A stretch of DNA of 64,000 nucleotides from Candidatus Pristimantibacillus sp. GTDB taxonomy: Bacteria; Bacillota; Bacilli; Paenibacillales; Paenibacillaceae. The notes under the pieces were generated by a model that saw only the letters and a program-made list of their open reading frames with translations, did no database searches and was not told the DNA's origin. Of the stretch, positions 49,148-58,522 are shown piece after piece (positions within the stretch are counted from its first letter, which is position 1; every line of letters begins with the position of its first letter). Both the position numbers and the translations under genes were made by a program. The DNA is taken from NCBI GenBank assembly GCA_048976605.1, contig JBHGUX010000031.1, forward strand, positions 19,029 through 83,028, given 5' to 3'.

Positions 49148-50321
49148 TGTCATCGTGGTCGGTGCTGGACCTGCTGGCAGCGTATTAGCTCGATTATTGG
49201 CACTGCAAGGTGTTAAGGTGCTGATGCTAGACGCTGCACACTTTCCGCGGCGCAAGCCTTGCGGAGAATCTTTGAACCCGGGAGCTGTAGCTGCGCTTCA
49301 ACGAGTGATGGGTAGGGAAAGTGCAGCAGCTCTCACAAATATGCTGCGGATACCATTCAGTGTAGTGAACGGTTGGCAATTGAACAGCCAAGGAATTGAA
49401 ATATCCGCTTCTTTTCCAGTAGGTAGTTATGGAATCGGCTGCAGCAGAGAGCTGTTCGATTATTGGCTAGTCGAAGAAGCATGCCGAGCGGGAGCACAGT
49501 TTGAACAGGAAACTAGGGTTCAGCAGTTGTTATGGGATGCGGGACGTGTCATAGGTGTGCAAGTGAGAACCTCGAGCAATAAAACGCATGATTTGCATGC
49601 TGCATTCGTTGCAGGCGCTGATGGCATTCGTTCGGCAGTCGCCAGAAGCGCGGGAATTAGCCGCTTTGGCCCGCTTCGGAAAGCGGCATTAACGGCAAGG
49701 CTAAACGGAGTTGCAGAGCTAAGCGATAAGGTCGAACTATTTATGCGAGCCGATGGCGTAGTTGGTCTTGCGCCAATCGGGGATGGGATGGCGAATATGA
49801 CAGTAGCGCTTCAAGGGACAAGCATTGCCGCGTCTGCTTCTAAAGGCAAAGCAGCTTTCATGATGGAGGCAGCACAAGAAATACCGCTTCTTGCAGAGCG
49901 TATGAAGCATGTCGAGCTGCAAGGCGAGGTGCTGGCATGCGGTCCATTTGAACGTCAGGTTCGTACATGTGTGATCAACGGGATGATTCTCGTTGGCGAT
50001 GCGGCAGGTTACTATGATCCATTAACGGGACAAGGGATCTACCGTGCGATTAGAAGCGCTGAGCTTGCTGCACCAACGCTTTTGCAAGCTTTGCAGACAG
50101 GCAGCGAGCAGCCGCTCAGTCGTTATAATCGCGAATGTGAGCAACAGTTCGCTGGTGGTACAAGACTGCAGCGAGTGATCGAGCATATCAGCAGGAATCG
50201 GATAGTCTGGAGTGCCGCGCTCCATGTGATCGGTTCGTCTTCCTTGTTGAAGAACAAATTAGTTCAGGCAGTCGGAGATTGCCCGAAAGGAGGCAAGTCA
50301 TGTATACCTTCAACGAAATAG
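49140..50321 (+). CDS. FAD-dependent oxidoreductase (geranylgeranyl reductase / aromatic hydroxylase family)
   Basis: YDVIVVGAGPAGS, RRKPCGE, VAGADG, LVGDAAGYYDPLTGQGI. Confidence 0.92.
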   Translation: MYDVIVVGAGPAGSVLARLLALQGVKVLMLDAAHFPRRKPCGESLNPGAVAALQRVMGRESAAALTNMLRIPFSVVNGWQLNSQGIEISASFPVGSYGIGCSRELFDYWLVEEACRAGAQFEQETRVQQLLWDAGRVIGVQVRTSSNKTHDLHAAFVAGADGIRSAVARSAGISRFGPLRKAALTARLNGVAELSDKVELFMRADGVVGLAPIGDGMANMTVALQGTSIAASASKGKAAFMMEAAQEIPLLAERMKHVELQGEVLACGPFERQVRTCVINGMILVGDAAGYYDPLTGQGIYRAIRSAELAAPTLLQALQTGSEQPLSRYNRECEQQFAGGTRLQRVIEHISRNRIVWSAALHVIGSSSLLKNKLVQAVGDCPKGGKSCIPSTK

Positions 50322-50770
50322 CGATGAAATGTACACCTGAGACAGCTTTTCGTTATGCGAGACAGGTTGAGCATTGGCCGGAGCTGCTGCCGCATTATCG
50401 TTCAACCGTTTTTCACCGAGGTGGAAGTGAAAGGGGTGGGCTGGTTGAAATGGCGGCGATCAGATCCTTCAAACCATACAATTGGCCTGTATGGTGGGTT
50501 AGTGAAATGGAAGTTAGACAGGATGAGATGATTGTCGCCTATAAGCATATCCGTGGTGTGACAAAAGGAATGGAAGTCGAATGGCGGCTTGCAAGTGAAG
50601 GAGAGTCCGTCATCGTATCCATCACGCATCAATGGGACCGTCCACCAATAGGAAGGAAACTTGCGTCTAACTTAATTGGTGAAATGTTTGTTCATGTCAT
50701 TGCGGATCAAACACTGCAGGGATTGAAGCTGCAAGCAGAACAAGAAGGTGAGGTGAGCTTATATGGCTGA
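50300..50770 (+). CDS. SRPBCC/START-fold polyketide cyclase/aromatase-like protein
   Basis: ARQVEHWPELLPHY, WWVSEM, HIRGVTKGMEVEW; GGAGG RBS before ATG 50300. Confidence 0.88.
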   Translation: MYTFNEIAMKCTPETAFRYARQVEHWPELLPHYRSTVFHRGGSERGGLVEMAAIRSFKPYNWPVWWVSEMEVRQDEMIVAYKHIRGVTKGMEVEWRLASEGESVIVSITHQWDRPPIGRKLASNLIGEMFVHVIADQTLQGLKLQAEQEGEVSLYG

Positions 50771-51995
50771 GATTCGAGTGGTTATTACCGGAATAGGCTG
50801 TGTAACACCAATAGGAACAGGTGTCGAAGCATTATGGAATGGCGTTCAGAGAGGGGAGAGCGCGGTTAAACATATGGATCGTTTCGTGCCAGAAGGATTA
50901 AGGAGCCGAATATCTGCGCAAATTCCTAACTTCGAAGCAGAGGATTATATGAATAAGAAGCGGGCGCATCGAATGGATCGCTTCTCTCAGTTGGCAGTAG
51001 CAGCAGGGATGCTTGCATTGCAGGATGCTAGGTTGAACTCAACCGATATGGATTCGGAACGATCAGGTATATTTATGGGCAGCGCATTGGGCGGAATTGC
51101 CTTTGCCGAAGAGCAGTGTGGTTTATATTACAATGGCGGCTTTCGATCGGTATCGCCAACACTTGGCTTCTCAGTATTCGGCGGCGCGGCATCCTGTAAT
51201 CTGGCGATGGAATTCGGCTTTACTGGTCCGAACGAGACAAACTCGATGTCCTGTGCGTCAGGTTCTGTAGCGATTGGAAGAGCGATGCAAGCGATTAAAC
51301 GCGGAGAGGCAGATGTCATTCTGGCTGGTGGATCAGAAGCGCCATTAGCACCATTGTCCTTCGGCGCTTTCGATATGCTGAGGGCGATGTCTACGCGAAA
51401 TGAACGACCAGATACGGCAAGCCGGCCTTTCGACCGTAATCGAGATGGTTTTGTTATGGGCGAAGGCTCTGCGATTCTTGTCCTTGAAGCTGAGCATCAC
51501 GCCAAAGCTCGTGGGGCAACCATATACGGTGAAGTGGCAGGCTTTGGTCTGACTAATGACGCACATCACATGAGTGCGCCTTTGCCTTGTGGAACGCAAG
51601 CAGCTCGTGCTTTAAGACAAGCATTGACCAGTGCGGATATGTCACCGGATGATGTTAATTACGTGAATGCCCATGGATCATCAACCTTGCTGAATGATGT
51701 AACCGAATCGAAGGTCATCCGTACCGTATTTGGAAATCGTCCAGTTGCGGTCAGCGGGACGAAGGGTTTATACGGCCATCCACTAGGAGCGTCTGGTGCA
51801 ATAGAGGCCGCCATAACACTATTGTCGATCCGCAACCGTTGGCTGCCGCCAACGACAAATTTAGAAGAGCCGGATCCTGCTGCAGAGATCGACCTCGTTG
51901 CCCGCCAAGCTCGCCAAGTAAAAGCTGAGGCGGCGGTCTCGAATTCATATGGTTTCGGGGGCGTCAATTCCGTTCTTGCTTTTCGCCGTGCGTAA
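50763..51995 (+). CDS. FabF-like beta-ketoacyl synthase with intact Cys-His-His triad
   Basis: SMSCASG, SRPFDRNRDGFVMGEG, YVNAHGSST, GLYGHPLGASG, SNSYGFGG. Confidence 0.93.
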   Translation: MAEIRVVITGIGCVTPIGTGVEALWNGVQRGESAVKHMDRFVPEGLRSRISAQIPNFEAEDYMNKKRAHRMDRFSQLAVAAGMLALQDARLNSTDMDSERSGIFMGSALGGIAFAEEQCGLYYNGGFRSVSPTLGFSVFGGAASCNLAMEFGFTGPNETNSMSCASGSVAIGRAMQAIKRGEADVILAGGSEAPLAPLSFGAFDMLRAMSTRNERPDTASRPFDRNRDGFVMGEGSAILVLEAEHHAKARGATIYGEVAGFGLTNDAHHMSAPLPCGTQAARALRQALTSADMSPDDVNYVNAHGSSTLLNDVTESKVIRTVFGNRPVAVSGTKGLYGHPLGASGAIEAAITLLSIRNRWLPPTTNLEEPDPAAEIDLVARQARQVKAEAAVSNSYGFGGVNSVLAFRRA

Positions 51996-52005
51996 TCCAT
52001 ACAAC

Positions 52006-52040
52006 AACGGGATCACCCTAATAGAAGGGTGATCCCGTTT
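52006..52040. terminator. Bidirectional terminator ending the KS operon
   Basis: AACGGGATCACCCT / AGGGTGATCCCGTT. Confidence 0.85.
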
Positions 52041-52057
52041 CATTTGAATCAATATAC

Positions 52058-52339
52058 TTAATCGGCTATATCAGCCCAGAATTCTTCATCAGCATCAAGT
52101 TTGATGTCTGAACGGAATACTCGGCGATTATATTGCTTAAACATATATTGCTCAATAGCTTCAAGCAGATTGGACTCAATCAAATATTGGCTTCGTCCAC
52201 TAACCCATACTTCTGCTGTGAAACCGTATTGCTCTTCCCAAGAAAGCTGCACTTCCACGTCCGAAGGTTTAACACCTCTGCGGTCGGCCACATGCAGACA
52301 AACAGCATTGATAATTTCGTCCGTGTAAATACGAGTCAT
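52058..52339 (-). CDS. YxcD/DUF2653 family protein
   Basis: DEIINAVCLH...VEVQLSW...GFTAEVWV. Confidence 0.85.
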   Translation of the reverse strand: MTRIYTDEIINAVCLHVADRRGVKPSDVEVQLSWEEQYGFTAEVWVSGRSQYLIESNLLEAIEQYMFKQYNRRVFRSDIKLDADEEFWADIAD

Positions 52340-52755
52340 TAGTAAGGTCCCCGAGGAGTCGGTGTATTTTTTCTGCGGACATACTTGATCGCAGCCACTA
52401 TAACCATAACAAGCGCGAAGATCGCGATTAGATTGACCATCAGTCCTAGGAATTGTCCCATGCCGCCCATACCAGCGAACATACTACCGAACATCAAACC
52501 CGCAAGACCACCGATCATCATACCTTTCATCAAGCCACCGCCACTGAAAAATCCTGGTTTAGTTGCTCCAGCATTTGTAGTTGGTGATTTGGTGTCTGTC
52601 TTAGCTGCATTGTCCGCCTTCTTAGGCGTTTGTGTGTAGCTTTGTTTTGGAGATTTGATCCCACCGCCGCCACCGCGTTTAGCATCGGCAGTTTGTCCGA
52701 AACTAAGCGTCAGGAGCAATGTCAAAGCCATCATTACCATTAACCCTTTTTTCAT
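52339..52755 (-). CDS. Gly-rich membrane protein with signal peptide
   Basis: MKKGLMVMM...ADAKRGGG; GGLMKGMMIGGLAGLMFG. Confidence 0.75.
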   Translation of the reverse strand: MKKGLMVMMALTLLLTLSFGQTADAKRGGGGGIKSPKQSYTQTPKKADNAAKTDTKSPTTNAGATKPGFFSGGGLMKGMMIGGLAGLMFGSMFAGMGGMGQFLGLMVNLIAIFALVMVIVAAIKYVRRKNTPTPRGPY

Positions 52756-52893
52756 TACGATATTCTCCTCCTGCTTCTCTAATTGATGCATTCGTTGCTA
52801 TCATATACAATTACGGCTAATATTAACGAAGGTTTCAAAAAATCTTGAAATAATTCATAATTAATTTTATAAATAGTTAGGGGGCAGCCCATT

Positions 52894-53430
52894 ATGAAGT
52901 ATCCCAATTCTTATATTTCGTATTTAATTGAATATCATGCAACAAGAGATTATTTTGAATGTCATGAACTTCTTGAAGAATATTGGAAGGAGCATCCTGA
53001 TGATCCGCGTTCTGCGATATGGGTAGGATTAATTCAACTTGCTGTAGGCCATTATCATGAGCGAAGAGGCAATAGGATTGGTGCTTCCAAGATGTACGCG
53101 CAAGCTCTGAAGAAACTGCATAAGCAAGCATTAATTGACCTTGGATTAGACGGTGAGCAGGTTGTCCATGAGTTGAGTCTTAAGCACAATAAATTGTCGT
53201 CTGAGGATAGTGTGCCCTACATTGACATGAACTTAACAATCATCGATTCTGAGTTGGCAGAGCAATGTCATAAAAAATGCACAGTACAAGGATTGCAGTG
53301 GGGTGCAGCGAGCCCTATGTGGGATGAATCCCTTATTCATCGCCATAAACTCCGTGATCGCAGTGATGTAATCGCCGCACGCGCAGTATCAGCCAAAGCC
53401 AAAAAACAGAAACGTCTCGATGCGAAATAA
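52894..53430 (+). CDS. DUF309 family protein
   Basis: DYFECHELLEEYW, GLIQLAVGHYHERRGN. Confidence 0.92.
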   Translation: MKYPNSYISYLIEYHATRDYFECHELLEEYWKEHPDDPRSAIWVGLIQLAVGHYHERRGNRIGASKMYAQALKKLHKQALIDLGLDGEQVVHELSLKHNKLSSEDSVPYIDMNLTIIDSELAEQCHKKCTVQGLQWGAASPMWDESLIHRHKLRDRSDVIAARAVSAKAKKQKRLDAK

Positions 53431-53494
53431 GCATTGAGGCGTTTCTGTTTCTAGATACGGCAAGAATTCTATTTAGCTTTTATTAATATGATTA

Positions 53495-54079
53495 TTACTC
53501 TTTACTTTTAACGGTGGAATAACCATCAATGATGAGATCAAGATGGCCTGTCTCTGGGTGAATCGTTAAACCGTGTACTGGAATATTATGAGGGAGGAGT
53601 GGGTGATTACGGATGATGCTTACGCTCTTCTCAACACTTTCCTTTAAGTTATCGAAGCCAGTCAGCCAGCGCATGAGGTTTACACCGGAATGACGCAACG
53701 TTTCAATGGTATTATGGGGAATACCACGATCGACCATATGTTGAATAACTTCTTCAGGGTTAATACCAGTCATACCACATTCTTCATGTCCGATCACATA
53801 CACTTCGTCTGCTTGGAGTTCGTATACCGCGATCAGTATGCTTCGCATTAAGTTGCCGAAAGGCTGCGTAACGATGGCGCCGGCGTTTTTGATAATTTTG
53901 GAGTCGCCATTTTTTAAGTTCAATGCTTTAGGGAGCAGCTCAGTTAAGCGTGTGTCCATGCAAGTAACAATAACCATACGACGTTCAGGGAATTTGCCTG
54001 TCAAATATTGCTCATAGTCCTTGTTCTCAACAAAAGTTTTATTATAGTCCAAAATAAGATCCAGATTACGCATTTCCAT
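53495..54079 (-). CDS. Beta-class carbonic anhydrase
   Basis: VTCMDTRL and IGHEECGM Zn ligands. Confidence 0.94.
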   Translation of the reverse strand: MEMRNLDLILDYNKTFVENKDYEQYLTGKFPERRMVIVTCMDTRLTELLPKALNLKNGDSKIIKNAGAIVTQPFGNLMRSILIAVYELQADEVYVIGHEECGMTGINPEEVIQHMVDRGIPHNTIETLRHSGVNLMRWLTGFDNLKESVEKSVSIIRNHPLLPHNIPVHGLTIHPETGHLDLIIDGYSTVKSKE

Positions 54080-54159
54080 TCCTCCTGAAATTGTAGGCGA
54101 GAAGCACTGATATCACAAACCTGTTCAATAGTTTGTGAAAGTGGTCGTCTTATTATAAG

Positions 54160-54480
54160 TTAAGATTGAATAAATCGTAAATTAAGAGTATAGATTTGAT
54201 TGTCACTCTTTAAGCTATAGCTTTCACGATCCGGGTCGTAATTAATCCGCAAATTCGGTTCGTAATAAATTTCATGGCGCGGTTCGTACAAGAAGGGGAA
54301 AGGATCACCTTTCGTAAGCTTGTCGTCAACACTAGTTTCTTGAACCAGTTGAAGCGCGGGTACACCACTTACAACGCAACCACAGCCTTCAGTATCATGC
54401 AGCAACTTGAGTTTTTTAGTGCCATCGGATATGTAAGGAGATAGTTGTTCTATTGCAGATGCTGAAAATGTAATATGCAT
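54160..54480 (-). CDS. HesB-like Fe-S cluster biosynthesis family protein (YqkB type)
   Basis: DTEGCGCVVSGVP, LKSDNQIY. Confidence 0.85.
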   Translation of the reverse strand: MHITFSASAIEQLSPYISDGTKKLKLLHDTEGCGCVVSGVPALQLVQETSVDDKLTKGDPFPFLYEPRHEIYYEPNLRINYDPDRESYSLKSDNQIYTLNLRFIQS

Positions 54481-54617
54481 AAATAGTTCCTCTCTTTCTA
54501 TAGTCTTGCGTCCGAGAGACGTATAAGGTAAGGTTGATTATACTTTTTGTAGTCGTTAAGATCAAGTTAAGTTACATGGAAATTGATTAAGATAAACACG
54601 GAAGGATTGGTGCAAAT

Positions 54618-56132
54618 ATGGCTGTACATATTGATAAAGCGTTACCACAATTTTTGGAGATCATACAAAAAATCAAGAGCTACGATGAAGCTTTAGCTGT
54701 ATTGTACTGGGATTTGCGCACAGGAGCTCCCCGTAAAGGAATGGAAACTCGCTCAGAAGTAATTGGGTCATTGTCAGGTGATATGTTCAAGCTATCCACG
54801 TCACCAGAATTAGGCGAATACTTAACACAGTTGGAAGAACCGAGTGCGTTTGAGAAATTATCGACTATTGAGCGCAAGCTGGTTACTGAAACACGTAAAA
54901 GCTATGATCGCAGTGTCAAAATACCGCCTAAGCTCTATCAGGAATATGTCGTAATCACCGCACAAGCGGAGAACAAATGGGAAGAAGCGAAAGCGAATAA
55001 TGATTATGCTGGGTTCCAGCCTTATTTAGAAAAAATAATCGATTATACGCAGCAATTTATAGATCTATGGGGACCTAAAGCAACCCGCTATGACACCTTG
55101 CTTGATCAATACGAGCCGGGAATGACGACTGCTGAGCTGGATCGCGTATTCGGAGACTTGCGTGAACAGTTGGTCCCGCTTGCGGCAGACATTGCTAGTT
55201 CACCTCATCAGCCAGATACAGCGTTCCTGCGTCAAAACTACGACAAACAGGCTCAGAAGGCTTATAGCCTAGATATTCTGAAAAAGATGGGATTCAACTT
55301 TGAAGCGGGTAGACTTGATGAAAGCGTCCATCCTTTCGCAACAGGCTTGAATCCAGGTGATGTTCGAATTACGACTAGTTACTTGGAAGATGATGTTACA
55401 AGCGCTCTATTTGGGACGCTGCATGAAGGTGGACATGCGCTTTACGAGCAAAATATTATGCCTGAGCTAATCGGAACCACACTTTGCACAGGAACGTCTA
55501 TGGGGATACATGAATCGCAATCTCGTTTCTGGGAAAATGTTATTGGGCGCAGCAAACCATTCTGGGAGAACAACTTCAGCGATTTGCAGAAACAATTCCC
55601 GGGACAATTGGATGTCCCAGTTGAACAATTCTATCGTGGCATTAATGTCGTAGAGCCTTCTCTGATTCGTATTGAAGCAGATGAATTAACCTACAATTTG
55701 CACATCATTATTCGCTATGAAATTGAGAAGATGATTTTCAATGAAGGCGCCAAAGCAGCTGATCTTCCAGCCATCTGGAATGACAAGTATAAGGAATATT
55801 TGGGTATCGAACCGAGTACGGATGCTGAGGGTGTATTGCAGGACGTGCATTGGTCCGGCGGAGCATTTGGCTACTTCCCTTCCTATTCGCTAGGAAACAT
55901 GTATGCCGCACAATTTGCGGATACGATGGAGCGGGAAATAGACGGTTTCTGGTCGCTTGTCGGTCGTGGAGAACTGTTGCCAATAAAAGAGTGGCTTACA
56001 GAGCAGATTTACCAATACGGCAGCCTAAAAACGCCATCCGAGCTTATCGAAAATGTAACAGGTAAGCCGCTGGATCCTCAGCATCTCGTAAATTATCTGG
56101 ATCGCAAGTATCGTGAGATTTATAAGCTTTAA
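54618..56132 (+). CDS. M32 family carboxypeptidase
   Basis: HPF, DVRITT, HEGGH, HESQS, IRIEADE, GVLQDVHW, GYFPSY. Confidence 0.96.
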   Translation: MAVHIDKALPQFLEIIQKIKSYDEALAVLYWDLRTGAPRKGMETRSEVIGSLSGDMFKLSTSPELGEYLTQLEEPSAFEKLSTIERKLVTETRKSYDRSVKIPPKLYQEYVVITAQAENKWEEAKANNDYAGFQPYLEKIIDYTQQFIDLWGPKATRYDTLLDQYEPGMTTAELDRVFGDLREQLVPLAADIASSPHQPDTAFLRQNYDKQAQKAYSLDILKKMGFNFEAGRLDESVHPFATGLNPGDVRITTSYLEDDVTSALFGTLHEGGHALYEQNIMPELIGTTLCTGTSMGIHESQSRFWENVIGRSKPFWENNFSDLQKQFPGQLDVPVEQFYRGINVVEPSLIRIEADELTYNLHIIIRYEIEKMIFNEGAKAADLPAIWNDKYKEYLGIEPSTDAEGVLQDVHWSGGAFGYFPSYSLGNMYAAQFADTMEREIDGFWSLVGRGELLPIKEWLTEQIYQYGSLKTPSELIENVTGKPLDPQHLVNYLDRKYREIYKL

Positions 56133-56255
56133 TTGCTGATTTGAAATATGAATAGGATCAACAATAGCTGTCCTGCAGAGTATTCATTAGATCACTTCTC
56201 TAGGACAGCTTTTTCTTGCGGTCAAGATAATACACCTAACAGAGGAGGAGTTATC

Positions 56256-56681
56256 ATGGATGCTGAACAGAAGTTATACGATGCAGTTGTTGAGCTAATT
56301 AAAGTGAGGTACCCACAAGGCTGGGGCGGGGCAGCTGCAATGAGATTAGAAGATGGTACGATATTAACAAGCATAGCTCCCGAGATTATCAACGATTCTA
56401 CTAATCTATGTATCGAGACAGGGGCTATATTAGAAGCTCATAAACGAAATAGGAACATTACTCATTCAATATGTGTTGTACGTGATGATGAGAAATCAGA
56501 ATTCAAAGTGCTGTCACCATGCGGAATCTGTCAAGAAAGACTGTTTTATTGGGGTCCAACAGTTAAAGTAGCAGTTACCTTACCCGGTCAAGCCCTTACT
56601 TTTAAAACACTATCAGAAGTCCAGCCCTACCACTGGTCCGCTGCCTACGATGAATTCAAACAGCAATGGTCAAATCGATAA
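56256..56681 (+). CDS. Cytidine deaminase-like protein (blasticidin S deaminase type)
   Basis: CIETGA and SPCGICQERL Zn motifs; GAGGAG RBS gives start 56256. Confidence 0.88.
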   Translation: MDAEQKLYDAVVELIKVRYPQGWGGAAAMRLEDGTILTSIAPEIINDSTNLCIETGAILEAHKRNRNITHSICVVRDDEKSEFKVLSPCGICQERLFYWGPTVKVAVTLPGQALTFKTLSEVQPYHWSAAYDEFKQQWSNR

Positions 56682-57049
56682 ATTCGCAATGATAAGGATA
56701 GTTATTCAAATGAAATTAAGAGATTTGTAGAAGCACCTATCATAGGGGGGCTCGAAGATTGAAAGGGAAGGATCGGAGTGAACTACAACTCCGAGTTAGC
56801 CTTATCGATTTAGAAGGTGCTTAGTTATTTTTTTCTTTGATTCAATATCCCCAAGGCTCAGAATGCTAATTAAATTAGACCTATTGTGACTATGGCGAAT
56901 GTATGATTTACACCCAAAGTAAGACCAAATAATGCGACTTTGCTGAAAAGTAAAAAGTCATTATGTAGCATGTTGTTTAGTAGCTGCTACAGGTCTCAAT
57001 TTCAATTGAAGTAGACGCACACTCAACTGAAAAATTATGGAACAATCAC

Positions 57050-57078
57050 TTGAAATAAGAACAAATGTTCGATATAAT
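57050..57078 (+). promoter_or_regulatory. Sigma-A promoter with an embedded LexA (Cheo/SOS) box
   Basis: TTGAAA (57050-55), 17-nt spacer, TATAAT (57073-78); AGAAC-AAAT-GTTCG (57058-71) matches CGAAC-RNRY-GTTCG. Confidence 0.8.
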
Positions 57079-57110
57079 GCTAATAGAAACTGTTGAAGGG
57101 GCCGGGAAGA

Positions 57111-58004
57111 ATGACGATAGCAAGTGCCATTGATCAATTCGAGCTGCGTTTTCCAACAGAAGAAGCTTGTCTATCCTATTTAATTGGTTTAAAGTGGCCA
57201 AATGGTTATCGCTGCCCTCGTTGTAAGAATTGTTCTGCATTTACGATCACAACCCGTAATTCACCTCTTTATGAGTGCCGTTCTTGCCGTCACCAAACAA
57301 CTCTTACAGCCGGTACGATCATGGAGAAGAGCCGAACCTCTATGCGCAAGTGGCTATTGACAATATTTCTTGTCACCCAGTCGAATAGTACGGTTAATGC
57401 AGTGTGGCTGTCCGAATATTTAGAGGTGACGTACAAGACAGCATGGGCAATGCTTCATAAGATTCGTCAAGCGATTCACCAAATGGACAATAACATTTTG
57501 CTTGAAGGAGAAATGAAAGCAGCAGTAGAGCATTACGGCAAACCACATAATCCAACCATCTCGAAACATTCGCAAGAACATCCTGTCCTCGTTAGCGCTG
57601 CTTGCGAACCTCATACACCGACCTACTACAAATTCAAGGTTATCCCGCTAGAACATTTAAACGGTAAGACAATAACCCGCTACGGTGAAAAAGAATTTAG
57701 GAAAGAATATGTTTCAAATAAAAACAAGAATCCTCTCATCGTTCATCAACTATACCGTCAAGGTGACACTAGATTTATTAGAAGCTTGTTTAAGAAAGCA
57801 TCCAAATGGATGAACACAGCATTCCGTGGAATTGGCCGACACTATTTGCAATTTTATTTGGACGAGTTTTGTTTTCGATTGAACTTCTCTACTCATCAAG
57901 ATGTTCTGAGTCATCTATCAGAGCTCTGTTTAAGTTCGCCTCTTGTAAGGAAGCATCCTATCAACCTAAAAACCACATTACTAGACTCCACCTCTGCTGC
58001 GTAA
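57111..58004 (+). CDS. IS1595-family transposase-derived protein, catalytic triad apparently lost
   Basis: CPRC/CRSC Zn ribbon, TAGTIMEKSRT, VTYKTAW HTH, YLQFYLDEFCFRLN tail; the VEVDE motif reads EMKAAVE; no terminal inverted repeats seen. Confidence 0.8.
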   Translation: MTIASAIDQFELRFPTEEACLSYLIGLKWPNGYRCPRCKNCSAFTITTRNSPLYECRSCRHQTTLTAGTIMEKSRTSMRKWLLTIFLVTQSNSTVNAVWLSEYLEVTYKTAWAMLHKIRQAIHQMDNNILLEGEMKAAVEHYGKPHNPTISKHSQEHPVLVSAACEPHTPTYYKFKVIPLEHLNGKTITRYGEKEFRKEYVSNKNKNPLIVHQLYRQGDTRFIRSLFKKASKWMNTAFRGIGRHYLQFYLDEFCFRLNFSTHQDVLSHLSELCLSSPLVRKHPINLKTTLLDSTSAA

Positions 58005-58064
58005 TTTTTCTATACTAAATTATGGGTTTATTTTGTGATTTTTAATAAGAGTATTTTTCGTTTT

Positions 58065-58340
58065 CTAGTAGTTTTGAGTTAGAAAATGGTGCTTTTGTTG
58101 TTTAGTTGTTCTTTTGATGCTTAGTTGTGCGTAGTTGTTCTTTTGTGCAATTGTTCTTTTGTTCTTTTGTTTTTTGTTCTTTTTAGAGGTGGCTCAGGAG
58201 TTGTTAACGAACTTTTTCTGAGCTAAGGGAAGAGTGCTCGAAAGTAGTGAAAGAAGTATTAAGGAATTAAGGTCGAGGTAATGAGGTACTGAGGTATTGA
58301 GGTATTGAGGAATTAAGGAATTAAGGTGTTAAGGTATTAG
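58065..58340. repeat. Low-complexity tandem tracts (TTGTTCTTTTG-like; 8-bp GAGGTATT/AAGGAATT)
   Basis: Visible directly; also a ~25-bp direct repeat TTTTCTGAGCT(A/G)AGGGA(A/G)GAGTG near 58213 and 58370. Confidence 0.85.
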
Positions 58341-58522
58341 ATGATGATTTGAATATATGTGTTTATGAAATTTTCTGAGCTGAGGGAGGAGTGGATCAAA
58401 CTTGTAAAATATGGATAGTGGTCTATTTCTGGGTTAAGGGAGGTTAGATGACATACGATTCTGAGTGATTCACCGCTGAACGGGGAAACGCATAGGCTAA
58501 TAAACAACTATAAGCGTGAATA

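Noticed and set aside
57093-58004. Active IS1595 insertion sequence
   Set aside because: Catalytic acidic residues appear absent and no terminal inverted repeats or target duplication were found, so it is listed as a derived CDS
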